In this document: piece after piece, positions 40,164-54,946 of the stretch | Position numbering within the stretch: position 1 is the stretch's first letter | Layout of the letters: each line of letters begins with the position of its first letter | Assembly: GCF_009914755.1 (NCBI RefSeq) | Contig: NC_060945.1 | Length of the DNA stretch: 64,000 nucleotides | Origin: the human T2T-CHM13v2.0 reference genome, Homo sapiens | Strand: one strand, 5' to 3' | Notes under the pieces: model-generated | The model's input: only the letters and a program-made list of their open reading frames with translations | The model's database searches: none | What the model was told of the DNA's origin: nothing | Translations under genes and position numbers: made by a program

Positions 40164-42699
40164 TCCAGGCCAATATTCCTGGATCCTCAACCAATACTGG
40201 TAAACCAACTTAACACAGTAAAAAGATTATTGACTATAATCAAGTTGGCTTCATCCCACTTTATTCAAAATATGCAAATCAATCAACCAAACAGAATCAA
40301 TAACAAAAACATTATATTATTTCAATAAATGCAGAAAAAGTGATTTTGTAAAAATCAGCATTTCTTTAAGATAAAAACCCTCAATGAATTAGGTATAGAG
40401 AGAAGGTATCTCAACACAATAAAGGCTCTATATAACAAGCCCACAGCTAATATTCTACCAAACAAAGTAAAGTTGAAAGCCTTTCTTCTAAGATCTGTAG
40501 CAAGACAAGTATCCCACTTCACCACTTCTATTCAACATTGTACTATAAGTCCTAACTAGAGCAACTAGAAAAGAGAAAGAAATAAATGGCATTCAAATTG
40601 GAGAGAGAGAAGTTAATTGTCTCTGTTTGCAAATGACATGATCTCATATAGAGAAAACTTTGAAGACTCCACTAAAAACTGTTAGAACTGGTAAACAAAT
40701 TCAGTAAAGTCATATGATACATAATCCACATACACATATCAGTAGCATATCTGTATACTGACTGTTAATTGTCTAAAAATGAAATCAAGAAAACAATCTC
40801 ATTTCGAATAGCTGCAAATAAATACTTAATAATAAATTTATCCAAGGAGGTGAAAAATTTATTCACTGAAAATTATAAAACATTTATGAAAGAAATGGAA
40901 AAGGAAACAATTATATAGAAAGATGTTCTGCATTCATGGATTAGAAGAATTAATATTTTTCAAATGTCTATGGTACCCAAAATAATTTATAGACTCAATG
41001 ACATCTCTATTAAAATTCCAATGACATTATCCATGGAAATAAAAAAATGCCTAAAAATATGTTTGGAAATGCAAATTATCCCAAATAGCCAAAGCAATCT
41101 AGAGTTAAAAGAACAAAGATGAACATATTGCACTACTTGATATCAAAATATACTACAAAGTTAAAGTAGCCAAACATGGTACTGGCATAAAAACAGACTC
41201 CAGGCTCATAGTCCCATTGAACAGAATAGAGAGCCCACATATAAATTTAGGCATGTAAAGTGAACTGATTTTCAACATAGATGTCAAGAACGGGCAATGG
41301 AGAAAGGACAATATCTTAAATAAATGGTATTGGAAAAACTAGATATTCATATACAGAAGAAATTAGACCCTTATCTCTGGTCATACACAAAAATCAACTC
41401 AAAATGGATTAAATACTGAAATTTAAGACACGGAACAATAGACTTCTAGAAGAAACATAGAGGAAAATATTCATGACATATATTTGGACAAAGGCTTTTT
41501 GGATATATCCTCAAAAGCACAGATAACAAAAGTAAAAAGAGACAAATGGGATTATATCAAACTAAAAATCTTCTGTATAACAAAGGAAACAATCAGTAGA
41601 GTCAAGAAACAACCTAGAGAATGGGAGAATATATTTGCAAATCATACATCAAAGAAGGGCTAATATACAAAATGTACAAAGAAAAGCTGTACAACAAAGG
41701 AAATAAATAACCCTACTTAAAATGGGCAAAGGATACAAATAGGCATTTCTCAAAAGAAGGCATACAAATGACCTACAGATACATGAAAAACTGTTCAACA
41801 TTTCTAATCATCAAAGCAATGCAAATTAAAACCATAAGATATGACCTCATACCTGTTAGACTGGCTATCATTAAAAAGATGAAAGATAACCAAGGTTGTC
41901 AAGGATGTGGAGAAAATGAAACCTTTGTAACCTGTTATTATTTTAAATTAATAAAGCAACTGTGTAAAATAGTTTGGAAAATTCTGAAAAAGATCTAGAA
42001 GTAGAATTACCATATAATCCAACAATAATACTACTGGGTATATATCCCCCAAATTGAAATGTTTCCCAAAAAATATATTTGCACTCCCATGTTTATTTAA
42101 GCATTATTCACAATAACCAAGATATAGAAACAACCTAAGGGTGAATGAATGAATGAAAAAAATTTTTAAGTGTGATGTGCGTGTGTATGTATATGTATTC
42201 GACTATTTTTAAAAGAACAGGAAATTCAGTCATTTGCAGCAACACAGACAAATCTAGAAAACATGTTAAGTGAAATAAGCCAGACATAGAAAGACGAATA
42301 CTGTATGATCTCACTCATACGTGAAATCTTAAAAAGTTGAACTTATAGAAGCAAGGAATAGAATGGTGGTTATCACTGGCTGTTGGGGAAGGGTGAGAGG
42401 AGAAAGAGGAGAAGTTGATCAATTTGTTCAACCTTACAGTTAGATAGAAATAAGGTCTGAGATTCTATTGCACAGTAGAGTGGCTATAGTTAATATTCTA
42501 TTATGTCTTTCAAGATGCCTGGCAGAGAAGATTTTTAATGTTTTTACCACAAAGGAATAATAAATGTTTGAGGTGATGAAGAATACGCTAATTACCCTGA
42601 TTTGATCATTGCAAAATGCATACACTTATCAAAACCACATTGTAACCCATAAATGTGTAGAATTATTATTGGTCAAATAAAAATAAAGTAAAACTTTAA
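39736..42699 (+). mobile_element. L1MA5-7-like ORF2 and 3' UTR (non-inverted segment)
   Basis: AGAAGAAATGGATAAGTTCCTGGAAACATACAACCTACCAA; L1MA-type 3' UTR; TSD AAAAATGAAAG (37828-37838, 42700-42710). Confidence 0.9.
40116..40161. repeat. (CA)23 microsatellite within L1
   Basis: Direct reading. Confidence 0.95.
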
Positions 42700-43360
42700 A
42701 AAAATGAAAGAGAAGTTGGTGGATCAATATTCCAGCAACACTGAGTCTAATTTGCCCATGGCAGTAACTTACTCCTTAAAGTTTGTTTTCTTCCTTTCTA
42801 GTCTCATTTCCCCCTATCTTAGTGCATCTTGGGATCACGACGACATAAATTAATTGAACCATAAGCCTTAACTTTGCAGTCTGTTTTTTTGGGGGGGACA
42901 CAAATTGAGATATATTTGTATTCCCTGAAGGGGATAAAATGATTTAGACTTTCAAAAATTATTTCAATGTATGCTGTAATACTGAATGCAATGTATCTTA
43001 TAAAGGATTTACATAAGAGTAACCTGTAGAAAAAATAACTCTGAAAATCTATGATGACATTGACAAAAAGTGACCTCAGTATAGTAAAGAAAGTAAACAC
43101 TAAATCACTAAATCTAATTTCAAACTGATTTAAATTAGTCTGTTATTCTCCTGTACTACTTCTTCTTATTTATTCTCTCTTACTTTTTTTTTTTTTTTTT
43201 TTTTGCTTAACAATGAATTATTCAAAATATACGGAGACAAAAAAAGGCTTTAGTGATAAGGGAGTTTTAAGTTTTCCCTTCTTTAACAGAAGGATACGTT
43301 AACAGAAGGGACACATGAAATTCAAATAAAATTGTGGTTATATTTGTATACCTATAGGGA

Positions 43361-43432
43361 AATGTATTCTATGTATAGAATGTATATTCTATGTATAGAA
43401 TGTATATTCTATGTATAGAATGTATTCTATGT
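43361..43432. repeat. 18-20-bp minisatellite, ~3.7 copies
   Basis: AATGTA(TA)TTCTATGTATAG units. Confidence 0.95.
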
Positions 43433-44130
43433 TTGTTGTATTTTATTTGAAGAATTATTTTATAGTCCTCTCTATTTACTTTTTTGTTATTAATGATAAC
43501 TTTTGCTCCCTTTGAAAATATTTTTATAGTGAACACCTGTGGCTTATATTTTATACGTAGTTTTGGTATTTGTTACAAGGGAAGAATAATCATAGGGAAA
43601 CTAACTTTCTTGGAGGAACAGCAGAAAGCATCAAGTAAAGTTAGAAAGAAAAGGATTAAGTTTCAGCAAAAGAGACATTTTTGCATAATTTCTAGAAAAT
43701 AATTCATTTAGAAAGAGGAAGATTTATTAAAAATATGCTGAAAGTCAGCATATGTTACCTTTCTGTATCCAAAGGAAAATAATAAAATCTACGAACACAA
43801 AGTGTGATGAAGCAGAACTGAGTCACAGACTTCACTACCTAGAGGCACTGACAAGAGCATGGCTCCTCAGACAAGTGACAACAGAGACAATGGTTTCCAA
43901 TTATCAGTGGAGCAAGGGTTATTTTTGTTTTTGTTTTAATATCTCCTTTAATATCTCCTCTTGTGAGGTGTTCATGGGAAAAATTATGACAAAGAAAAAC
44001 GGTAACTTCTTATATCATTTAATTTTCTAGTAATTCTGTATAAATACGAAAATATTTTAGCCAGTTTGCCACACCTGTTCTGACTGATAGAACTGAGAAA
44101 GTGGATACATCAATAAGTCAGCTCACTTAC

Positions 44131-44167
44131 TACTTGTGGAGGGATGCCAAATATCAGACAAGCTCAC
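44131..44167 (-). other. Candidate 37-nt exon with recursive-splice-like start
   Basis: TTTTTTCAGTATTTTCATTTTCAG|GTGAGC ... GTA|GTAAGT. Confidence 0.4.
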
Positions 44168-45314
44168 CTGAAAATGAAAATACTGAAAAAAGTGTCCATG
44201 ACATAGCATTAAAATTGCCAATGCTTGCATTTTCTCTATCATTATTCCTTTTTTGAGTTGTTGTCTCTTATACTTTGTAATATTATGAGTTCTGGGACAT
44301 AAAAACTTAGCAAGACCTGTAACTCATTTCCTCTCACTTGCAGTGATGCCTGTAAAAAATGAACAACCTCAAACAAATCTTGTAGTAAAAATGTCAGAAA
44401 GCAGACCTTATAAACACACAAATGGAGTTTATGGCATGAAGTGGAGAGTTCTTATCTATAAGATGTTTGGGTGCTGAACAGATTTGGTCTTTCTAGTTTG
44501 CTTATTGCAATTACTCTTAAAGTTTTGTGATCTATGGGGTTGGGATTACTGGCTTGTTAGAGAAATGGGTCAGTCACATGTGTTCATTATTTAATGAGGT
44601 ATAAAATAAAAATTTTATTTAACCAAGTGGCTTACGCTATGAAGCAATGCACCATTATACCTTACTCAATACCCATCCACATACTAAATCTGAGATTGAG
44701 AAGCATTCTAATGCTATTGAGCAAGGAGCTTCAAAGGACAGGTGCACAGGAGGGCCTCAGATTTCTCCAAGGGAAATGCCTCACCCGTTTGTTTCTTATA
44801 ACATTAATAAAGTCGACATTGGTTTCAATCATAAGATCCATAATTCATGTGAGTCATATTTGACAATTCAATCTTACATGTTACCATGTTCTAATTTTAG
44901 GCAAGATATTTTGTTCTACCATAGAATGAGATACTTGGGACTTCGTAATTCTTGGTCAAAAATAGACAACTGTTAGTCATTTGCTGATGATAAGATTCTT
45001 GAGTGCTAAAAACTGCTAAGTACTCTTCTAGGAAAAGTTATAACTTCATGGTATTTAAAATTAAGTGACTAAGTTACATAATAAACATGCAAATGAAGTC
45101 GTGTTAAAGAGCAATGAGGGAGTACGAAGTGTTATCCAATCCAAGGAAGGGCTAGCTAGAAAGTAGATGTTCTGCTAAAGTTCTGAATAAATTAAAGAAG
45201 TAAACAGTGTTTCTTGTGGGCAACAGAATATTGGGAAAAAATGAAAAAAGAGTTCATCAACTTAGGTGGAAATTAGTTTGTTGTATGTGTTTGAGGAATG
45301 AAAAAGAATGCCAG

Positions 45315-45750
45315 CGTCTTAAACTGGATTCACTCAAAATCAAAACCTGAGATAAAGAAGTACATGCAGTAAGATTATTTTTGAAAATGAGCCATTTGTC
45401 AAGAGTGGGAGGCAGAAAAGAGTGAAATAGGCAAGTAGGAAATGCTAATCTAAGCTGTCAGCAAGCTGAACCCTTCTGTAGGAAAATGAGACTTAATCCT
45501 AGTGGGGACTCTGAGGGATCATGTAAAATTGATTTCAGAATCTGCCACTAAAGGAACAAAGAAGATGCAATTTAATCTATCAGTACATATAGATTATTGG
45601 TCAAGATTCACTAGGGTTAACACTCACATTTTTGGGTTTGTAAATACACAGAATAGCTAAGATTTTTTTACATGAAAGTAGAAGAGAAGTCCCTTGGGCA
45701 GATAGCAACAGACATGTGGTAAATCCTAGGCAGACGCTCTGTTTGTGTCT
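45315..45750 (-). mobile_element. LTR33-like ERVL LTR, degenerate
   Basis: AACCTGAGATAAAG...AATCCTAGTGGGGACTCTGAG resembles antisense LTR33; boundaries approximate. Confidence 0.5.
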
Positions 45751-46749
45751 GGTTGCAGCTGTTCTTTGAGGTGATGGCAAGAGCATAAAGGTGAGCTGGA
45801 AGATTGGATAGCATGTAAAAAGTTCCTCCTACCCAGCGTCCAATACACTTCACCCTTTGCACTAATCACCTTCAGTCCTTCTGTGTTTAAATTCCAATAC
45901 ATTCTACAGCCTTCAAGATTGTGGCATGCCTCATTCTCTAGGAAATATTTAATAAACAAAGTTAATTGTAATGAGCTTAAGTAAGTGGTTTTTAAGACCG
46001 TACTTAATATTTTTCCACTTCAGAATTTTCTCATTTTTATCCAATTCTTCAAAATGTATAGATTTCTGGCAAAATGGGAGTGGAGGGGGGGTGGTTCTAA
46101 CTCATTTAACTAAAGAGTAGGAGTCTTTAGTTGCCTTATTCTTGTTAAGATTTAGTTTTACAATTGTTCATTTACAGTTATCATTGGGCATGAAACATCC
46201 AGGAACACCCTAGGCAATACCTTGATGTACTCCATGCTTCCACCATTGTGTAGGAGCAATCTCAATATCATATGGATACAATTAAGTCCTTTTCTCAGTG
46301 GTAGAATTTTCTAGCTTTGGTCTGAAAAGGGGGTATAGATCTCAATTTTTAATATGGCAGCTAAGTTAGACATTTGCTCAGCAGCTTTCAATTTTTTTTC
46401 TGGTTAGGGAAATCAATTAACACCTTAATTAGCTCCCATCTGTCTTAACATTAAGCAATATTCTGATCTATTAGTCATTCTTGCAGGTCCTTGTGGGTAA
46501 AGGCACCTGGTTGACTTTCTAATCTTGATGCTCATTATGACAGTTACTTTGAAACTATTTCTGATGATAAGTGTTGATCTTCTGGCCTCTTCAATTACAG
46601 AATCCAAGCCCAGTGGTCCTAGGGAGCTCAGTTCCATGGCAGTGTCTTCTAATGTCAGCTCTGGCCTAGAGAAGGAGGCACACCTGGGCTTCTCAGAGAT
46701 GTCAGCGTATATCTTAGCAGTTTATTTTTTACTGTTATTGAAAGAAATA

Positions 46750-47105
46750 CAATAATCTTTGCTTATCTGAAGTTTCACTTTTCACAGTTGTAGTTACTTG
46801 TGATCAATCACAGTCTGAGAATATTAAATAGAAAATTCCAGAAATAATTCAGAAGTTTTAAATGGTGCACCATTTTGAGTAGCATGATGAAATCTCATGG
46901 TATTTCACTCTGTCCCACCGGGGATGTGAATCATGCCTTTGTCCAGTGTGTCCATGCTGTAGACACTACCCACTCATTAGTGATGAAGTATCCATCTTAC
47001 TTATCAGATCAAAAAAGCCATAGTATACATAGGGTTCAGTACTATCCATGGTTTCAGGCATCCACTGGAAATCTTTGAACCTACATGAATAAAGGGGGAT
47101 TACTA
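46750..47105 (+). mobile_element. MER44A-like TcMar-Tigger DNA transposon
   Basis: AATATTAAATAGAAAATTCCAGAAATAA, TGAGTAGCATGATGAAATCTC; TIR-like AAAGGGGGATTACT end; TA TSD. Confidence 0.85.
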
Positions 47106-48157
47106 TATCCTCTGATATTTCCCATGTAACATGCTTCACTGGTAGGGTTTCTAATCTCACATATTGGATTTCTTCCATTTTCCTCATCTACCTGCATCTT
47201 CTGAAATTGTTCTGAATATTCTATTTCATCCACCATAGATAATCATTGTTTTTAAAATTTAAAGAGCAATTCTAAGCATTGTCTACAGGTGTCCTTGCCA
47301 GGACATTAAACATTGAGTCACAGTGGCATGCCCCTGCGTCAATAATAAGCCATCTATTTTGTAGTCCTGGTCCAAATCTTCACTTCCAGATACATTCCAA
47401 CATATGCTCCCTAATATTTTTCAATACTTATCAGTCATATCTTTTAGTTATTTGGATGTGCTTGTCTTTTTTCTCCTAGATAAATTACTATATTATCTTG
47501 CCTTTGCTCTGTTTCACTTGTCCCTACTTAGAGACTAGGAAACTATGAGAGGAGATAGGGTCAGAAATTGAATAATCTAAGCATCATCCTGCAAGACACC
47601 TGAACCAGATGAGGCCTTTACCAGAGCTCTATGTAAGAACAACATTTAATATGGGAAAGGAGCTATTTCTTCCAAACTAGCTATTGAATATGACTGTGGA
47701 AATTCAATATTCTCAGGGTTTTCCAGATAATTGCGCACATCCTGGGTCCTTAGGTCTTTCTTTCCGACAAATTCGGGCTCTTCTCTGGCATAGGAGACAC
47801 ATGGGAGTTAAACATTCAGTGTCCATTGTAACTCTGACATCTTTATATTTAAATACTGAGTCTTATTTTCATCAATATCTGCTCTGTTCTGCCAGGATGA
47901 CTTTACAGTATGCCTTCAGTTGATAATTTAAGCCTGTAATTTTCTTTTCTTTTTTTTTTTTTTTGGCTTCTAAAACTGTAAACTAAGGACAATGAATTGC
48001 ACAGTCCTTAATATTACTATTGCTCTTATATTGATAATGTGTGTTGTTACTATGCAAACCAACGCTTCATGTTCTCTTTGTACCAAATTCTAATTTATCT
48101 CCTGTAAATATCTTAACTATAATGCTACTACATGACAAGAATTACTGCTTCACTTAC

Positions 48158-48252
48158 CACTGGCAATGGGAAGCTTATTGGAGTTTGGAGCAACATTATT
48201 CACCAAAACAATAAGGGCCACTGCTGTCACTAATTGTCTTCGTTTGGGTTAC
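48158..48252 (-). other. Candidate 95-nt exon containing an ATG at 48196
   Basis: Acceptor CTTTTTTTTTCTTTCCAG|GTAACC; donor GTG|GTAAGT. Confidence 0.45.
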
Positions 48253-48470
48253 CTGGAAAGAAAAAAAAAGATGATAAAAGAATTTGTATGCATCTGGAGC
48301 AAGAGCAAGAGGACAGGAAAAGTGGAAGAGTGAGAGACAGAAGAAAGAAAAGTCAATCAAAGGCTGAGTGCCTTTATTCATTATTATAGTTGAGAGTTGA
48401 ACAGTTAAGGCATAAACCTCTTAGTAATCTTTAAGGAGCAGTGTAAAATAGACCTCTTAGTTGTCTAATA
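48235..48470 (-). mobile_element. Possible LTR33-like 3' fragment
   Basis: TGTCTTCGTTTGGGTTACC...GAATTTGTATGCA...GAGTGAGAGACAG loosely parallels 45315-45500. Confidence 0.35.
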
Positions 48471-48489
48471 GAATGAGCGTGGTTGAAAA

Positions 48490-50800
<2,311 letters not shown>

Positions 50801-51709
50801 ACATATATGAAGCAGACCTTACATGTCTCATTTTATATTTTCTGTCTGTTTAGTTTCACAGGGAAAAAATGAAATTATTACTTTTTTTTATTGAACCCCC
50901 ATGATAAATAGCAAAAATGACTACAAATTATTTCATTTATCAAGAAGTGGTATCTATTTCTCCATCTTTTAAATTGGTATGGGTTATGTGAATTGCTTTG
51001 GCCAATGGGAAATAAGCAAATGTTAAAAGCAGAGACTTGGAAAGCATTTGAGCATTTGGGTTTACTCTATGTGTAGTGTTTTGACCTTTCAACTACCATG
51101 TGAAGATGCCCAGACTATCCTCCTGAATAACAAGAAGCAAGAAGCAGTCTCTTCCAAATTGCCAAGAGCCTGCTTGCTGTCAGTCACGTGAGCTAGTTCA
51201 CCACAAATCATCCAGCTATTCATTGACAGCAGAAAACAGCTAGGCTGGCACAGTTAAGACTTTCCAACAAACCCACAGAATTAGGAACCACATACATAAT
51301 TATTGTCTCAAGCCACTGACATTTAGGAAGTAGTGTGTTATACAGCAATAGATAATTGAGAAACATGTTGTGCTTGGAAGTGGTGTTTTCTTTGGAAATG
51401 GAGATAGTGATGACTGGAAACAGCAGAGAAGAAACTATTATGTGATGCTAGAAAAACGTGCATAATCTGTAAATGAAGGTGAGAAAATTATTCTGATAAG
51501 ATGAAAAAAAGATAACCCTTATTATTTTGTAGTAAAACAGCTGCAAAACTATCAGCCCCTCTAACTCTGAAGGTTGTTACATGTATGTAATGAACATATC
51601 TAGCGCAACATTGGATGTCTTTGGGGGAAGGGGAAGGGCATGGGTAACTTGACTGTTTAGACCAGAGGAAGCATATCCAACTCTGCCTTCTAGACATGAT
51701 TTTAGATTA

Positions 51710-51866
51710 CTTTTTTTTTTCCTGAAACAGAGGCTTGCTCTTTTGCCCAGGCTGGAGTGGTGTGGCACCACCATAGGTCACTACGGCATTGACCTGGCCT
51801 CAAGCGATCCTCCCACATTAGCCTCCCGAGTAGCTGGGACTGTAGTTGTGCATTACGATGCTCGCT

Positions 51867-51912
<46 letters not shown>

Positions 51913-52025
51913 GACAGGGTCTCCCCAGGTTGCCCAGCCTGATCTCAAACTCTTGGTCTCAAGGGATCCTCCCACCTTGGCCTCCAACACTGTTGGAATT
52001 ATAGGCGTGAACCACTACACCTAAC
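51710..52025 (-). mobile_element. AluJ with central linker expanded to (TG)20
   Basis: CTCAAGCGATCCTCCCAC, AGACAGGGTCTC; TG run 51869-51909. Confidence 0.9.
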
Positions 52026-52471
52026 TAGAATTTTGTATTTTGACCCTAAGGGGAAAATTATATGAAACATTTTGGATCCCTGGAGTAAGAGTGAGCACAT
52101 TATTCATGTGACAGAAATGTAAACAAATAGCAGCCAGGGGAGAATTGTGATTGAATATCAAATGCTCACAAGTCTTCCCTTTCTATGAAGATGGGCATTT
52201 TCCACCTCTTGAACCTGAAACAGTCATGTGACTTTCTTTGGAAATGTGGCTTTATAATAAATGTAACACAAGCAAAGACTTGATAAGTGCTTGTATATTG
52301 GGGCTGGCTTCTCTTGCAGCTTTTGTAAATGTGCAATCAGTATTTGAAGAAATTCAGAGTAGCTTGCTGAATGACAAGAGAAATAAAACTCGGGTGTCTC
52401 TGTCACTCTAAACAGCCTGTAGGAGCCACACATGTGAATGAGGATATCCTTGATTGTCTGGATGCAAGATG

Positions 52472-52490
52472 ACTCACCAGTTGATAGCAA

Positions 52491-52548
<58 letters not shown>

Positions 52549-52745
52549 ATATATATATATGTATATCTGGATATATATGTGTGTGTGTATATATATATAT
52601 ACACACACACACATATATATACATATATATACACACACACATATATCCAGACATACATATATATATACACAAATACACATATATATATATATATATATTT
52701 GCTATCAACTGGTGGGTGCTATCAACTGGTGTGTGTGTGTATATA

Positions 52746-52786
<41 letters not shown>

Positions 52787-52801
52787 ACATATATATCTGG
52801 A
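52472..52801. repeat. Compound TA/TG/CA microsatellite with ~245-bp fold-back inversion
   Basis: CACCAGTTGATAGCAAATATAT at 52475 versus ATATATTTGCTATCAACTGGTG ending 52714; inner TATCTGGATAT/ATATCCAGA pair. Confidence 0.95.
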
Positions 52802-54120
52802 CAAGCCCCACAGCTATCAGCTGACCTGTCCCAGACCCAAGAATCAAGCGGACTCATATAACTGTATGATAATTAAATGGTTAATGTTGAAACACTAAAT
52901 TTTGAGATGCTTCCTTAAGCAATGAAATAACTGGAAATCTTTTCTCTCTAGAGATCACTTTGCTGTCAGTGGGCTTTGAAGCCACCACTGTATTTTATCC
53001 AACCATAGTCACACAAGAACATTCTCATAATGTGGTAATGACATTGTCGTTTTAATTTACCTCAGTGATATACACTTAAAAAAACTAAACTGAAAATATA
53101 ATTATGTCAATGTGCAGGAAGCTTTTGAGAAATATTTTTTAAAAATCCATTCTGGCACTATTCTGTATTATATGAGTTATATTTTTGTGGAAATTGTTTT
53201 AAGTATAAGCTTCTAAAATATGATTATACACATAGTAATTATACCATTATCTATCAGCTCCTTATTTCCACATGCTCAGTCTACTTTCTTGGTAGAGATA
53301 TATCTTATCCAAAAAATATACATTAAGGATTTGTAGTATTATTGTATGTAGTAATTAAGAGTGGCTTAACCCTTTGAAGTGACTTAATTCATTATATTTA
53401 TGCCTATAATTTTAACAATATGTATAAGAAAGAAGACCTCATGGTAGTTTATGTTCTAGATATTTTACAACAAATGATATGGCACATAATACAAATATGT
53501 GTTGCCTCATTATTCAAAGAATTAAAAACATTTATCAGACTTACTAGAATTTACTGATCCAAACTCCTCAAACAATTAGACTTTGAATAGTCAATGAGAA
53601 TATATTTCTTCTCCTTTTTCAGCACTATTCACAGAATATGTTATCAATTTTCTGTCACTCTCTCTCCCTGAAGAAACCAATATTACTTCGATTCTATATA
53701 GAAAATAAAAGAGGTATCCTGAAAAATAAAAATGGATTTGACTTTTTTTTTTTCTGTGTAAGAATTCAGACATTAGCAGCACTGAATCTTATCAGATCAA
53801 TTCCCCGCAGAAGGCTAAAGCCTGCAGTGGTCCAGGTTCTGTAAACTCTACAGACGTGAGACAAGAATGATAAAGGAAGACTACTAAATATTCCTTTGCT
53901 AAACCGTGCATGCAATGCATGTTGATTGCCCCTGGTTTTAACTATCTACACTGTAAATAAGAGGTCTATAAGCCAAGTAGTTAAAGGTGAAAGACTCTTC
54001 TATTATCCTTTTAATTCCAATAAAACTATTCAACCAATTTTATTCACTTACACTGTTAATAAAATAGACCCTATGCTTTAGAAACCTGGCTCAAATAGAA
54101 AACAGAAAAAAAGTTCTTAC

Positions 54121-54262
54121 CTTTCGTATTTTTCTCTCCAACTTCTACATATTAATTAATCTTGTGCTCTGTATTTGGAACCATGAAAACAAATTTTATT
54201 TTTCTATTCGGTCAAGTAAAAATACTATGTATAGAAAAACTCTAGACAGATTGAGACTCCAT
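54121..54262 (-). other. Candidate 142-nt non-coding exon using a micro-Alu acceptor
   Basis: (T)22GAG|ATGGAGTCTC acceptor; donor AAG|GTAAGA. Confidence 0.25.
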
Positions 54263-54299
54263 CTCAAAAAAAAAAAAAAAAAAAAAAGAAGAGAGGAGG
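54245..54299 (+). mobile_element. Extremely 5'-truncated Alu (21 nt of body plus A22 tail)
   Basis: GACAGATTGAGACTCCATCTC-A22-GAAGAGAGGAGG; 9-bp TSD AAAACTCTA (54236-54244, 54300-54308). Confidence 0.85.
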
Positions 54300-54674
54300 A
54301 AAACTCTAAGAATGAGAAATTGCTATGGAGTTTAATGTTGATTCCAGAACATACCCACTGAATAGGAGGCGCAAGGTATCAATGTTAACTAGTTGAAATA
54401 CAAATTGAATTTTTAAATTAAGTAAAGTCAGGGTAATCCAGATGTCACCTTGGAAAGGAGACTAAACGAGAAATTTAGGATGTGTTTGTCATAATTTATA
54501 TTACTCTAATGAGAGGAATCAATGCAATCAAAAGCACCTTATCATTCAGACTAGTTGGAGAGAAATGCCCAAATCAAAGTTGTAGCACCACGTGTTTCCA
54601 TTCATATTTCCGTGGTGATATGAACTTCAAATTACAGTGCTCGTATTGAATGCATGTGAGACTAAACACGAATT

Positions 54675-54946
54675 GGCCTGGCATGCTGACTCATGCCTGG
54701 AATCCTACCACTTTGGGAGGTCGAGGTGGGAGAATCACTTGAGGCCAAAAGTTCAAGGCCATTTTGCGCAACATGGGAAGACCCTCTCTACAGAAAAGAA
54801 AAAAAAATGGTGCACTTTTGTAGTCCTGGCTGCTCAAGAGGCTGAGGTGTGAGGATGGACTGATCCCAGGAGTTCAAGGTTATAGTCAGCTATGACCACA
54901 CCACAGCGCTCTAGCATGGGTGGCAGAGTGAGACCCTGTCTCTAAA
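54675..54946 (+). mobile_element. AluJ, diverged
   Basis: TCACTTGAGGCCA, CAGCTATGACCACACCAC, GAGACCCTGTCTCT; degenerate TSD ending GAATT. Confidence 0.9.

Larger units (their letters stand above)
50905..52932 (+). mobile_element. MLT1G/H-like LTR-int-LTR element (LTRs ~50905-51362 and ~52146-52932)
   Basis: Two related LTR blocks (ATGTGA(A/C)TT..TTTGG; AAGCA(G/A)AGACTTG); purine-rich CCAGGGGAGAA before the second LTR. Confidence 0.7.

Noticed and set aside
42772-43023. Extra minus-strand exon candidate (TTTTTTCTACAG|GT ... GGA|GTAAGT)
   Set aside because: Weaker signals and long AT-rich body; left out of the model but shows that alternative exon choices exist
43361-43432. CRISPR-like palindromic repeats
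   Set aside because: No unique spacers, no cas genes, eukaryotic context
52224-52898. Six overlapping ORFs (68-148 aa) rich in Y/I/C/V/H/T
   Set aside because: Translations of stop-free TA/TG/CA microsatellite
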